Positions 48,260 to 57,202 are shown, numbered from the stretch's first letter. The stretch: 64,000 nt of DNA from an uncultured delta proteobacterium (GCA_963766715.1 CAVYBH010000013.1:256001-320000), one strand, 5' to 3'. Translations and numbers: made by a program. The notes: generated by a model not told the origin, from the letters alone.

Positions 48260-49207
48260 ATGAGCGAGAAGTTCGACGTGATCATCGTGGGAGCCGGGCC
48301 GGCGGGGCTGTCCGCCGCCATCTACGCGTCCCGCGCGCGGCTGAAGACGCTCGTGCTCGACGAGAGCATCCCGGGCGGGCAGATGAAGACCACCCACAAG
48401 GTCTCCAACTATCCGGGCTTTCCCGAGGACGTGAAGGGCTCCGACCTCGCCAAGGCCTTCTCGGCCCAGGCCGAGCGCTTCGGCGCGAAGATCCGCCGGG
48501 CCGTCGAGATCACGGCGCACGACCTCTCGGGTCCCGTGAAGACCTTCGAGCTCGACGAGGAGGAGAAGGTCGAGGCCCCGGCGGTCATCATCGCCACCGG
48601 CGCGAAGCCGCGCGAGCTGGGCGTGGCCGGGGAGTCGAAGTTCCGCGGCCGGGGCATCTCCTACTGCGCCACCTGCGACGGGGCCTACTTCGACGGCAAG
48701 GAGATCCACGTCATCGGCGGGGGCAACTCGGCGGTCGAGGAGTCGCTCTTCCTCACCCAGTTCGCGAAGAAGGTCACCATCATCCACCAGTTCGACCACT
48801 TCCAGGCCGAGCCGGTCAGCGCCGCAGAGGCCCTCGCCAACCCCAAGATCGAGGTGATCTGGGACTCGGAGCCTCGCGCCTTCGTGGGCGAGACGCAGCT
48901 CGACAAGCTCCGCATCGAGAACGTGAAGACGAAGGAGGTCCGCGAGCTGGCCACCGACGGCGTCTTCATCTTCGTGGGCTACGTCCCGCGCACCGACCTC
49001 GTGAAGGGGCTCGTGAAGATGAACGAGTGGGGCTACGTCGAGACGAAGGAGGACATGTCGACCGACGTCCCCGGCGTCTACGTCGCCGGCGACATCCGCT
49101 CCAAGCGCTTCCGCCAGATCACCACCGCCGTCGCCGACGGGACCATCGCGGCGCTGGCGGTCCAGAAGTACGTGAAGGACCACAAGGACCAAAAGGCGGC
49201 CGCCTGA
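48260..49207 (+). CDS. trxB: Flavin thioredoxin reductase (TrxB-like) with an atypical NADPH site
   Basis: GAGPAG, NYPGF, ATGA, SYCATCDG, GGGNSAVEE, HQFDHFQA, VAGD. Confidence 0.9.
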   Translation: MSEKFDVIIVGAGPAGLSAAIYASRARLKTLVLDESIPGGQMKTTHKVSNYPGFPEDVKGSDLAKAFSAQAERFGAKIRRAVEITAHDLSGPVKTFELDEEEKVEAPAVIIATGAKPRELGVAGESKFRGRGISYCATCDGAYFDGKEIHVIGGGNSAVEESLFLTQFAKKVTIIHQFDHFQAEPVSAAEALANPKIEVIWDSEPRAFVGETQLDKLRIENVKTKEVRELATDGVFIFVGYVPRTDLVKGLVKMNEWGYVETKEDMSTDVPGVYVAGDIRSKRFRQITTAVADGTIAALAVQKYVKDHKDQKAAA

Positions 49208-49593
49208 TGGGGCTCCTCTCCCGGCTCTTCGGTCCCGGCGCGCCCAAGGTGATGCCGGTGCACGTCGACGACGCGACCTTCGTCGCCGAGGTGGCTCGGT
49301 CCGACGTGCCGGTGGTCCTCGACGTCTGGAGCCCGGGCTGCGGCCCCTGCCAGATGATGGAGCCCATCGTCGTGTCGCTGGCCGGCAAGTACCAGGGACG
49401 CGTCAAGGTGGCCGAGCTGAACGCCGCCGAGTCGGGCGCCACCGCCGCGCGGCTGGGCGTCATGGGCACGCCGACCATCCTCTTCTTCAAGGGGCGCCGG
49501 GAGGTCGACCGGGTGGTAGGGTTCGTCGGCGAGCGCTACCTCGCGGACGTGGTGGACAACGAGCTCCTGGGAGTGACCAGTGACCGAACGTGA
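49207..49593 (+). CDS. Thioredoxin (CGPC)
   Basis: VVLDVWSPGCGPCQMM, GTPTILFFK; TGA/ATG coupling. Confidence 0.88.
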   Translation: MGLLSRLFGPGAPKVMPVHVDDATFVAEVARSDVPVVLDVWSPGCGPCQMMEPIVVSLAGKYQGRVKVAELNAAESGATAARLGVMGTPTILFFKGRREVDRVVGFVGERYLADVVDNELLGVTSDRT

Positions 49594-50149
49594 CGGTGCC
49601 GGGAAGCCCTTCGACGCGGCGGCTCACCTCGAGTCGCTCTCCCGCGAGGAGCTGATCCGCATCATCCAGGACGACGCCAAGAACTGGCTGGCCCACGACG
49701 GCCTCTGGTTCCAGGCGGTCGAGGCGGTCCACGGCATGGGACCGGCCATCGACGCCGACCGGGCCGCCTGGGAGAAGTTCACCGTGGTCGAGGCCCGCCG
49801 GATCATGGAGCGGCTCGGCATGGCCCCCGGCGGCGGCATCCCCGCCCTCGTCGAGGCCCTGAAGCACCGGCTCTACGCGCGGCTCAACGTGCAGGAGGTC
49901 ACCGAGCTCTCCGACACGCGCGCGGTCTTCGTCATGCGCGACTGCCGGGTGCAGTCGGCGCGCAAGCGCAAGGGGCTTCCCGACTTCCCTTGCAAGTCCG
50001 TGGGCATCGTGGAGTACTCGGAATTCGCCCGCGCCGTCGATCCGCGAATCCGGACCCGCTGCATCGCCTGCCCTCCCGATCCCCACGGCGACGACGTCTG
50101 GTGCGCCTGGGAGTTCACGCTCGATGAGCCCCGACCCGAAGCACGCTGA
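49580..50149 (+). CDS. DUF6125-like protein
   Basis: NWLAHDGLWFQAVE, CRVQSARKRKGLPDFPCKSVG, CIACPPD...WCAWEF; family name recalled, not searched. Confidence 0.65.
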   Translation: MTERDGAGKPFDAAAHLESLSREELIRIIQDDAKNWLAHDGLWFQAVEAVHGMGPAIDADRAAWEKFTVVEARRIMERLGMAPGGGIPALVEALKHRLYARLNVQEVTELSDTRAVFVMRDCRVQSARKRKGLPDFPCKSVGIVEYSEFARAVDPRIRTRCIACPPDPHGDDVWCAWEFTLDEPRPEAR

Positions 50150-50786
50150 GCAGGTCGCCCGCGCCTCGGCGGTGCGCTACGGCGCGCTCTCCACCACGAA
50201 GGAGTCCCTGTCGTGCGGGCGCGCCCTCGACGTGGCCGCGCCCCGGGAGGGCGAGGACGTGATCGACCTCGGGTGCGGGCGCGGGGGCGACGTGGCCCGT
50301 GCCGCCGATCTCGTCGTGCCCCACGGTTCCGCCACCGGTGTCGACGCGAGCGACCGCATGCTGGCGGCGGCCTCCGAGGCCCTGGCCGGGCGTCCCAACG
50401 CCCGGGTCGTGAAGAGCGACCTCGGAGCGGTCCAGCTCCCCGACCGCTGCGCCGACGTGGTGGTCTCCAACTGCGCCATCAACCACGCCCCCGACAAGGC
50501 GGCGGTCTATCGCGAGATCCACCGGCTCCTCCGCCCCGGGGGCCGCTTCGCGATCTCCGACGTGGTCTCGGAGGAGACGCTTCCCGACTCGGTCCGGAAC
50601 GACCCCGCCGCGTGGGCGGCCTGCTACGGCGGTTCGATCCCCGAGGCCGAGTACCTGGCCGCCATCGCCGCCGCCGGCCTCCGGGACGTCGCGGTCCTGC
50701 GCCGCACCGACCCCTACGAGAAGGGCGGCGTCCTCATCCGCAGCATCACCGTCACCGGGCGCCGTCCCGGCCTGGAGATCCCGTGA
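50124..50786 (+). CDS. ArsM-like (arsenite methyltransferase family) SAM methyltransferase
   Basis: SLSCG, VIDLGCGRG.D, VVSNCAINHAPDK, GGRFAISDVV, WAACYGG. Confidence 0.75.
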   Translation: MSPDPKHAEQVARASAVRYGALSTTKESLSCGRALDVAAPREGEDVIDLGCGRGGDVARAADLVVPHGSATGVDASDRMLAAASEALAGRPNARVVKSDLGAVQLPDRCADVVVSNCAINHAPDKAAVYREIHRLLRPGGRFAISDVVSEETLPDSVRNDPAAWAACYGGSIPEAEYLAAIAAAGLRDVAVLRRTDPYEKGGVLIRSITVTGRRPGLEIP

Positions 50787-52135
50787 GACTTTCCCGACAC
50801 GCCATCCTCGCCCCCGTCCCGGGTCGCGACCAGGTCCTCCTCGTGCAGCCCCTCACCGGGCAGGCCGCGCTCCTCGAGCCGTCGAACGCCCGGGCGCTGG
50901 AGGCACTGGGCAACGGTGGAGCGCTTCCGGCCGACCTCCCGGAGGAGACGCTGCGCGAGGCGGGCTTCGTCGTCGGCTCCGACGAGGACGATCGCGCCTA
51001 CCTCGAGGCGGCCCGGGCGGAGTGGAAGGTGGAGGCCGCGAAGACCCCCACCCAGCTCGTCGTCGTCCCCAGCTTCGGCTGCAACCTGGCCTGCACCTAC
51101 TGCTACCAGGAGCTCTTCGACCCGGCCGCGGCCGGCCTCATGTCGCCTGCCGCGGTCGACGCCTTCTTCGCCTACGTCGACCAGCACCACGCCCACGAGA
51201 CTCCCCGCCCCTACGTCACCCTCTTCGGCGGCGAGCCGCTGCGAGACACGCCGGCGCACCACGACCGGATCCGGCGCTTCCTCGACGGCGCCCGGGCGCG
51301 CGGCATGGAGGTCGCGCTGGTCACGAACGGCAACGACCTCGGGGCCTTCCTCCCGCTGCTCTCGTCCGGCCCGGTGAAGGAGGTGCAGGTCACCCTGGAC
51401 GGTCCCGCCGCCCTTCACGACCGGCGTCGCCCGCACGCCGGTGGCGCCGGCACCTTCGACCGGATCGTCGCCGGCATCGACGGCCTCGTCGCCGCCGGGA
51501 TCCCCGTGAACCTCCGGGTGGTCGCCGACCGGGAGAACCTGCCCGCGCTCCCCGAGCTGGCCGAGTTCGCCGCCGCGCGCGGCTGGCTCGACCTGCCGTC
51601 GTCCCGCTTCAAGACCCAGATCGGCCGCAACTACGAGCTCTTCGGCTGCGCCAGCCGGCAGGAGAAGGGCGCGCTCTTCGACCGGGTCGAGCTGTGGGCG
51701 AAGTACGTCGAGCTCTCCGAGGCCCACCCGGTGTTGCGCCGCTTCCACCAGCCCCGCTTCCACGGGATCGGCCACCTGGCCGACGCAGGCGAGCTCCCCG
51801 CTCCCAACTTCGACGCCTGCCCTGCCGCGAAGAAGGAGTGGGCGTTCGGCCCCGACGGCGCCGTCTTTGGCTGCACCGCCACGGTGGGCCACCCGGAGCA
51901 CCGGCTCGGCACCTTCTACCCGGAGGTCTCGCGCGACGAGGCCGCCATCGCCCGGTGGCAGGGGCGGAGCACGCTCTCCATCCCGGCCTGCGAGGGCTGC
52001 GCGCTCGCCCCGGTGTGCGGCGGAGGCTGCGGCGCCATCGCCTGGCGCGAGCACGGCACGCCCGTCGCCCCCGACTGCCGTCCGGTCCCGGCCCTCTACG
52101 GCCTGGGCGCCCGCTACTACGACCTGGGGGCGTGA
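50783..52135 (+). CDS. Radical SAM/SPASM enzyme with a probable N-terminal RRE
   Basis: CNLACTYC, FGGEPL, TNG, QVTLDG...HDRRR; SPASM Cx12Gx4C...Cx2Cx5Cx3Cx15C; GTGA overlaps at both ends. Confidence 0.93.
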   Translation: MRLSRHAILAPVPGRDQVLLVQPLTGQAALLEPSNARALEALGNGGALPADLPEETLREAGFVVGSDEDDRAYLEAARAEWKVEAAKTPTQLVVVPSFGCNLACTYCYQELFDPAAAGLMSPAAVDAFFAYVDQHHAHETPRPYVTLFGGEPLRDTPAHHDRIRRFLDGARARGMEVALVTNGNDLGAFLPLLSSGPVKEVQVTLDGPAALHDRRRPHAGGAGTFDRIVAGIDGLVAAGIPVNLRVVADRENLPALPELAEFAAARGWLDLPSSRFKTQIGRNYELFGCASRQEKGALFDRVELWAKYVELSEAHPVLRRFHQPRFHGIGHLADAGELPAPNFDACPAAKKEWAFGPDGAVFGCTATVGHPEHRLGTFYPEVSRDEAAIARWQGRSTLSIPACEGCALAPVCGGGCGAIAWREHGTPVAPDCRPVPALYGLGARYYDLGA

Positions 52136-52866
52136 GCGTGAACGGGAGCAGGCCACCGAGCACCCGCAGGGCTGCCTCGTCTGCGGGGTGGAGCTCGAGT
52201 ACGCGGTGACCGCCTCGCCCGCCGCGTGCTTCGTCTGCGGCGTCCGGGAGCCGAGCACCGCCAGGTGCCGGGACGGCCACTTCGTCTGCGACGCCTGCCA
52301 CTCCGGGCTCGGCGAAGGACGTCATCGAGCGCGCCTGCCGGGAGCACGAGGGCCGCGACCCGGTCGCGCTCGCCACCTCGCTCATGCGCCACCCGTCGGT
52401 GAAGATGCACGGTCCGGAGCACCACTTCCTCGTGCCGGCCGCCCTGCTCGCCACCTGGGCGAACGCGGCGTCTGCTCCCGACCGGGCCGCGCTGCTCGCC
52501 GAGGCCCGGCGCCGCTCGGACACCGTCGTGGGCGGCTCCTGCGGCTTCCACGGTGCGTGCGGGTCCGGCGTGGGCGTGGGGATCTTCGCGAGCCTGGCCA
52601 CCGGCGCGACGCCGCGCTCCGGCGCCTCCTGGGGCCAGGCGAACCGCGCCACCGCCCGGGCCCTCCAGGTCATCGGCGACGTGGGAGGTCCCCGCTGCTG
52701 CAAGCGCACCACCTGGCTGGCGCTCCTCTCCGGGGTCCGCTTCGCGCGGGAGGAGCTGGGGCTGGCGCTCGAGGGGCGTGGCCCCCGCTGCGAGTTCCAC
52801 GCGCGCAACGACGACTGCCTGGAGCGGGACTGCCCGTTCTACCCCGCCGCCCGCGGCGCCATCTGA
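52132..52866 (+). CDS. DUF5714-like Cys-rich protein, frameshifted
   Basis: CLVCG..CFVCG..CRDGHFVCDACH, then MHGPEHHFLVP, CGFHGACG, GPRCCKR, C-terminal Cys cluster. Confidence 0.75.
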
Positions 52867-53420
52867 TCCCTCACGGCCGGGCGGCCCATCACCGTCCGCT
52901 CCCAGCGCGAGAGCCGCTCGAACCCGAGCGGCCCCGGCCGCCAGTCGGGCGGCAGCTTGGCCATGAAGGACGCGAGCGCCAGGTCGGCCGCCGAGAACTC
53001 GCCGAGCAGGAAGCCGCTGTCCGCGACCTCGGCGTCCAGGTCCGCCATGGCCCGGCGAACCGCCGAGAGCCCCTGGACGCGCTCCTCGGGCGACCCGCGC
53101 GCGATCTTCATCATGTGCGGCGCGAACAGCGCGTTCATCCGCTCGTAGGCGGCGACGACGGCATCCCGGCCCGGACGAGCCGGGAAGAGCGGCGGCTCGG
53201 GCCAGCGCTGGTCGAGGTATTCCAGGATGGCGAGCGAGTCCGCCACCTTCGCCTCACCGTGGACGAGGACCGGAACCCCGCCCCGGGGATTCACCTCGAG
53301 CAGGGCAGGCGGCTTGCTCCCCAGGTCGACCTCGCGCGTCCGGTAGGGAATCCCCTTCTCGGCCAGCGCGGCGCGCACCCGCATGCAGTAGGGGCAGGCC
53401 CAGGCGTTCCAGAGCTCCAT
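52839..53420 (-). CDS. Glutathione S-transferase family protein (CPYC)
   Basis: ACPYCMRVR, NPRGGVPVL, DSLAILEYLD, FSAADL. Confidence 0.88.
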   Translation of the reverse strand: MELWNAWACPYCMRVRAALAEKGIPYRTREVDLGSKPPALLEVNPRGGVPVLVHGEAKVADSLAILEYLDQRWPEPPLFPARPGRDAVVAAYERMNALFAPHMMKIARGSPEERVQGLSAVRRAMADLDAEVADSGFLLGEFSAADLALASFMAKLPPDWRPGPLGFERLSRWERTVMGRPAVRDQMAPRAAG

Positions 53421-53430
53421 GTCGCCTCCC

Positions 53431-54600
53431 TCACATTCCCGGCAGTCGCGGGAACTGCTTGCGCTTGGAGGCCTTGAAGTAGGCGCCCCACCCCTTCTTC
53501 ATCCAGTGGCCGACGACCGGGAGCGGGATCATCTGCTCCTTCGTCTCGTCCCGGTGCACGTAGGCGGCGCCGTTTCCCATGTCCATGAGGCAGGTGATCG
53601 AGACGTGGGGCAGGTAGCTCTCGCGCTCCGGCCGCCCGGCCACCTCCGCCGCCACGTTTGCCGCCGCCACCCGGGCCATGACCTCCGCGAGGTGACCCTG
53701 CTTGGCGCGCCAGGCGGGGCCCTCCAGGGCAGCCGAGTCCCCCACCGCCCACACTCCCGGGAATCCAGGGACCGCGCAGCTCCCGTCGATCTGGACGAAG
53801 CCCGCCTCGTTGCGCGGCAGGTCGCTCGCGCCGAGGACCGGGTGCCCGCCCTGCGCGGGGATGAAGACGGTGAGGTCGCTCTCGAGCCTCGACCCGTCCT
53901 CGAAGACCACCGGACCGCCCGGGTCGAAGCCCGCGATCTTCTTCCCCACGCGCATCTCCACGCCCAGCTTGCCGAGCATCTGCTGGATGGCGGCGACGGC
54001 CTTCTTCCCCATGCGCTCCCCGGGGCTCGGCATGGGCGCGAAGAAGGCGAGGCGGAACCGGTCGCCGAGTCCGCGCTTCTGGAGCAGGTGGGCGACGTTG
54101 AACATCACCTCGAAGACCGGGCCCCCGCGAACCGCCGAGGGGTCCTTGGGATTGCCCCCGAAGCCCATGGCGATGGTGCCGCCGCCCTTCGCGAGCAGCG
54201 CCTCTAGCGCATCGTGCAGGCGCGACGCGTTCTCCGGGTTGCCGGAGAGGCCGAAGGTGTGCTCGACGCCCTTGGGGCGGAGCGGCGTGCCGCCGATGGC
54301 CAGCACCAGGTGATCGGCGGAGAGCTCCTCCCCGTCCACCACGGCCGCCCGGCGCGCGCCCGAGATCGACTCGACCTTGCCTTGACGGAAGGTGAATCCG
54401 TGCCGCCGCGCCACGTCGGCCAGGTCGAGGCAGACGTCGCCGAAGGCCCGCTCGCCCGTCACGATCCAGATGGACGTCGGGTAGATCCAGAGGAACGGCC
54501 GGTCGGAGACCAGGGTGACGTCGAGGCCGGCCTTGCGGAGGTGGATGGCGGCTTCCAGCCCGGCGAAGCCGCCTCCGAGGACGAGTGCTTTCTTGGCCAT
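53431..54600 (-). CDS. Sulfide:quinone oxidoreductase-like FAD oxidoreductase
   Basis: LGGGFAG, AVGDS, KQGHLA, CLMDMG; SQR/FCSD family pattern. Confidence 0.75.
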   Translation of the reverse strand: MAKKALVLGGGFAGLEAAIHLRKAGLDVTLVSDRPFLWIYPTSIWIVTGERAFGDVCLDLADVARRHGFTFRQGKVESISGARRAAVVDGEELSADHLVLAIGGTPLRPKGVEHTFGLSGNPENASRLHDALEALLAKGGGTIAMGFGGNPKDPSAVRGGPVFEVMFNVAHLLQKRGLGDRFRLAFFAPMPSPGERMGKKAVAAIQQMLGKLGVEMRVGKKIAGFDPGGPVVFEDGSRLESDLTVFIPAQGGHPVLGASDLPRNEAGFVQIDGSCAVPGFPGVWAVGDSAALEGPAWRAKQGHLAEVMARVAAANVAAEVAGRPERESYLPHVSITCLMDMGNGAAYVHRDETKEQMIPLPVVGHWMKKGWGAYFKASKRKQFPRLPGM

Positions 54601-54649
54601 GTGGGTGTGAGCCAGTCCGGCCCGGAAAGGGTCGGCCCGGGACGGCCGT

Positions 54650-55000
54650 TCAGGCGCGGGACGACGGGAGCCGTGCCGCCCACCAGGCCAGCATGCCTCC
54701 GGCGAGCTGGCGGGCGTCCAGGCCCGACCTCCGCAGGAGGCGGACCGCCGGCGGACTGCGATGCGCCGACAGGCAGATGGCGACGACCCGTCGCCCCGGA
54801 TCGAGCTCCAGGGAGGCCAGGCTGGCCTGGAGCGACGTCACCGGCACGTTCACGGCGCCTTCCAGGTGGCCCGCCGCGAACTCGACGGACGAGCGCACGT
54901 CGAGGAGGAACGGCGGGGACTCGCCGTCCATCTCCCGGGCCAGGTCGGCCGGACGGACCTCGGGCACCTGCCCGAAGGGGAACCACCACGGGACGTTCAT
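54650..55000 (-). CDS. Single-domain rhodanese
   Basis: LLDVRS..EFAAGHLEGA, ICLSAHRS, LAGGMLAW. Confidence 0.88.
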   Translation of the reverse strand: MNVPWWFPFGQVPEVRPADLAREMDGESPPFLLDVRSSVEFAAGHLEGAVNVPVTSLQASLASLELDPGRRVVAICLSAHRSPPAVRLLRRSGLDARQLAGGMLAWWAARLPSSRA

Positions 55001-55144
55001 GCCTGATTCAGAGCCGTTACCTCGATGGAAGGTTCGGCCAGCGCCGCAGCGGAGGAGCCTACCCGATCCGGTACGCCCGTTTCCCTGGACTCCCGCCTCC
55101 CGCGGAACGATCATCTGGACTCCACGCGCAGATGGAGGTCCGTC

Positions 55145-55309
55145 ATGACGGTCGAGCTCTCCCGGGACGAGGTGAAGATCCTCCTGCAGTCGCTCTCCAA
55201 CTGCCTGGCCACCTGCAAGACCCACGCGGCCAAGCCCTCGGCGAAGTGCCCGGACTGCGACGCGGCCCGCGCCGTGAAGACGAAGCTCGAGAAGCAGGCC
55301 AAGGCCTAG
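55145..55309 (+). CDS. 54-aa hypothetical protein with Cx3C and Cx2C
   Basis: GGAGG SD; MTVELSRDEVKILLQSLSNCLATCKTHAAKPSAKCPDCDAARAVKTKLEKQAKA; stop overlaps the SD of peptide 2. Confidence 0.75.
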   Translation: MTVELSRDEVKILLQSLSNCLATCKTHAAKPSAKCPDCDAARAVKTKLEKQAKA

Positions 55310-55318
55310 GAGCCCGAC

Positions 55319-55417
55319 ATGAAGATGCTCACGAAGAAGAAGGCCTGCTGCTCCCCGGAGAAGACGGCCCAGTGCTGCGCCAAGGCGTCTCGGCTCGTGT
55401 CGGGCTGCCACGACTAG
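55319..55417 (+). CDS. 32-aa Cys-rich peptide, putative RiPP precursor 2 (MKMLTKKKACCSPEKTAQCCAKASRLVSGCHD)
   Basis: AGGAG SD; 27 of 33 aligned positions identical to peptide 1. Confidence 0.88.
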   Translation: MKMLTKKKACCSPEKTAQCCAKASRLVSGCHD

Positions 55418-55607
55418 GCAGCGGCGGACCGCAGCACATCCCCAGCCCCTGGAGCGCCCGCACCGTGGCCGCCAGCTCGGCCGCGAACCGGGCGCAGTCC
55501 ACGCAGGCCTCCAGGTGGAGCGTCACCTCCACCTGTTCCCGGACGCCCAGCTCGCCGTCCAGGTAGTCGGAGAGCAGGTCGGCGATGCGCTGGCAGGAGG
55601 TCGGCAC
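55414..55607 (-). CDS. Small zf-HC2 (anti-sigma zinc-finger) protein
   Basis: CQRIADLLSDYLDGEL...HLEACVDC; probably ends at TAG 55414 after a C-run indel (inferred). Confidence 0.75.
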
Positions 55608-55658
55608 GCGAGTCCTCGGTGGCTGGGATCGTGCCCGGAGTGCGCCGCGCCGCCTCGA

Positions 55659-55889
55659 TCAGGCGCCCGGCACGGGTTCCTGCGTCGAGCTCCCCACCCC
55701 GAGCGCCTTCAGGACGTTCGCCATGGGGCAGAAGCCGGTGAAGGCGCTCTGGAGCAGGTTCAGGCCCACGAACCCGGTGAACCACAGCCAGTTCGCGCTG
55801 TGGAAGAGCGGGCTCGCCGGCGCGCCCAGCGCGAGCGAGAGCAGGACGAACGAGCCGGCGAAGATGCGGATGTAGCGTTCGATGGTCAT
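55659..55889 (-). CDS. DUF2892 membrane protein
   Basis: [12 protein letters not shown]...[15 protein letters not shown]. Confidence 0.85.
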   Translation of the reverse strand: MTIERYIRIFAGSFVLLSLALGAPASPLFHSANWLWFTGFVGLNLLQSAFTGFCPMANVLKALGVGSSTQEPVPGA

Positions 55890-56534
55890 GAGTTCCTCCG
55901 GCCGTGAGAGCCACTTCCCGCGGAAACGGTGCGTCCCACCCCGCGGATCACGGCGGAGGGCCCGCGGTGGAAGGGGCCCTCGTCGAGCTCGACCTCGGCT
56001 TCCTCGAGGATCTTCCCACTCGACCTGCGGGAAGTCGGCGCGCAGGAGGGCGGCGTCGTACAGCAGGCTCGCCTCGCGCGGCCCCCCGCTGGGCCGGCCC
56101 AGCTGCCGCGGCGTGAACGCCTCGACGATCACGACCCCGCCGGGGACGAGCGCCGCCGTGGCCGCGGCGTGAGCCGCTCGGGCGGATGGCCGGGGGCAGG
56201 TGGACGAAGACGAGCACGAGTCGCGTCGTACGCTGCCGGCTCGGGCCGGTAGGAGGCGAGGTCGGCGACCCGGGTCTCGATGGTGACGCCGCGTTCGGCG
56301 GCCAGGCGCCGCGCCTTCTCCAGGCCCACGGGCGAGGCGTCGACCGCGACCACGGAAAACCCGCGCTGGGCGAGCCAGACGGCGTTCCGCCCCTCCCCTT
56401 CTCCCAGGCAGAGCACGCGCCCTCCGGCGGGGATCGCCGCCGCCTGCGCCTCGAGCCAGCGATTGGGCGCCGTGCCGTAGGCGAACTCCGTGGCCGCCAT
56501 ATCGCTCGTCCCAGAACGTGGAACCGGTCGTCAT
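55886..56534 (-). CDS. Class I SAM methyltransferase (TehB-like), frameshifted
   Basis: [31 protein letters not shown]. Confidence 0.8.
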
Positions 56535-56578
56535 GCTGACCTCCGTGGGGCTTCGGGTGGAAAGGGCCATGTCGCGCC

Positions 56579-57126
56579 CTACAGGAACAGCCGGGCCAGG
56601 AGGCCGAGCGTGGTGGTGTAGCCGGTCGCCGAGCGGCGGACGCGGCCGTCCGCGTCGAGGAAGTACACGGTCGGGAAGACGTCGACGCGGAAGGCTCGCA
56701 CGAGGGCGTCGTCGCCCAGGAGCACCGGGTAATCGACCGCGCGATCGCGGACGTAGGCGCGGACCTGGTCGACGTTCTCGAACGCCGCCGCCACCGACAC
56801 CACGTGCGCCCGGTCGCCGGCCAGGCTGCGGACCCAGGACAGGTTCTGCGACTCGGCGCCACACACGGTGCACCAGGGGGCCCAGAAGGCGAGCAGCACG
56901 GGCTTGCCTCGAAGGGACTCGAGCGGGACCTCCCTGCCGTCGAGCGAGGCCAGCACCGCCCGGGAGCCTCCACGCCGCTCAGGTGGCGTCGCGTCTGCCA
57001 GGCCCCGATTCCCAGGACGAGCGCCGCCACGACGGCGAGGTCGGTTCCCCAGCGGACCCAGCGCCGCTGCCGGGCCTGCTGCCAGCGGGCCCTCCACGTC
57101 GTCTGGTCGGCTTTGGGGGGCGTCAT
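56579..57126 (-). CDS. Membrane-anchored TlpA-like redoxin, frameshifted
   Basis: TM anchor, then FWAPWCTVC and FPTVYFLD. Confidence 0.8.
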
Positions 57127-57202
57127 CGCGTGTGAGAGCCCAGGACCCGGGAAAGGAGGCAGGAAGGGAACCCGACGGCGGGGCCCGGCTCTCACGGGGT
57201 AC

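Noticed and set aside
55329..55413. Minus-strand extension of the zf-HC2 ORF over peptide 2
   Set aside because: Low-complexity tail; a 1-nt indel gives a stop at 55414, and the plus-strand peptide is supported by its paralog.
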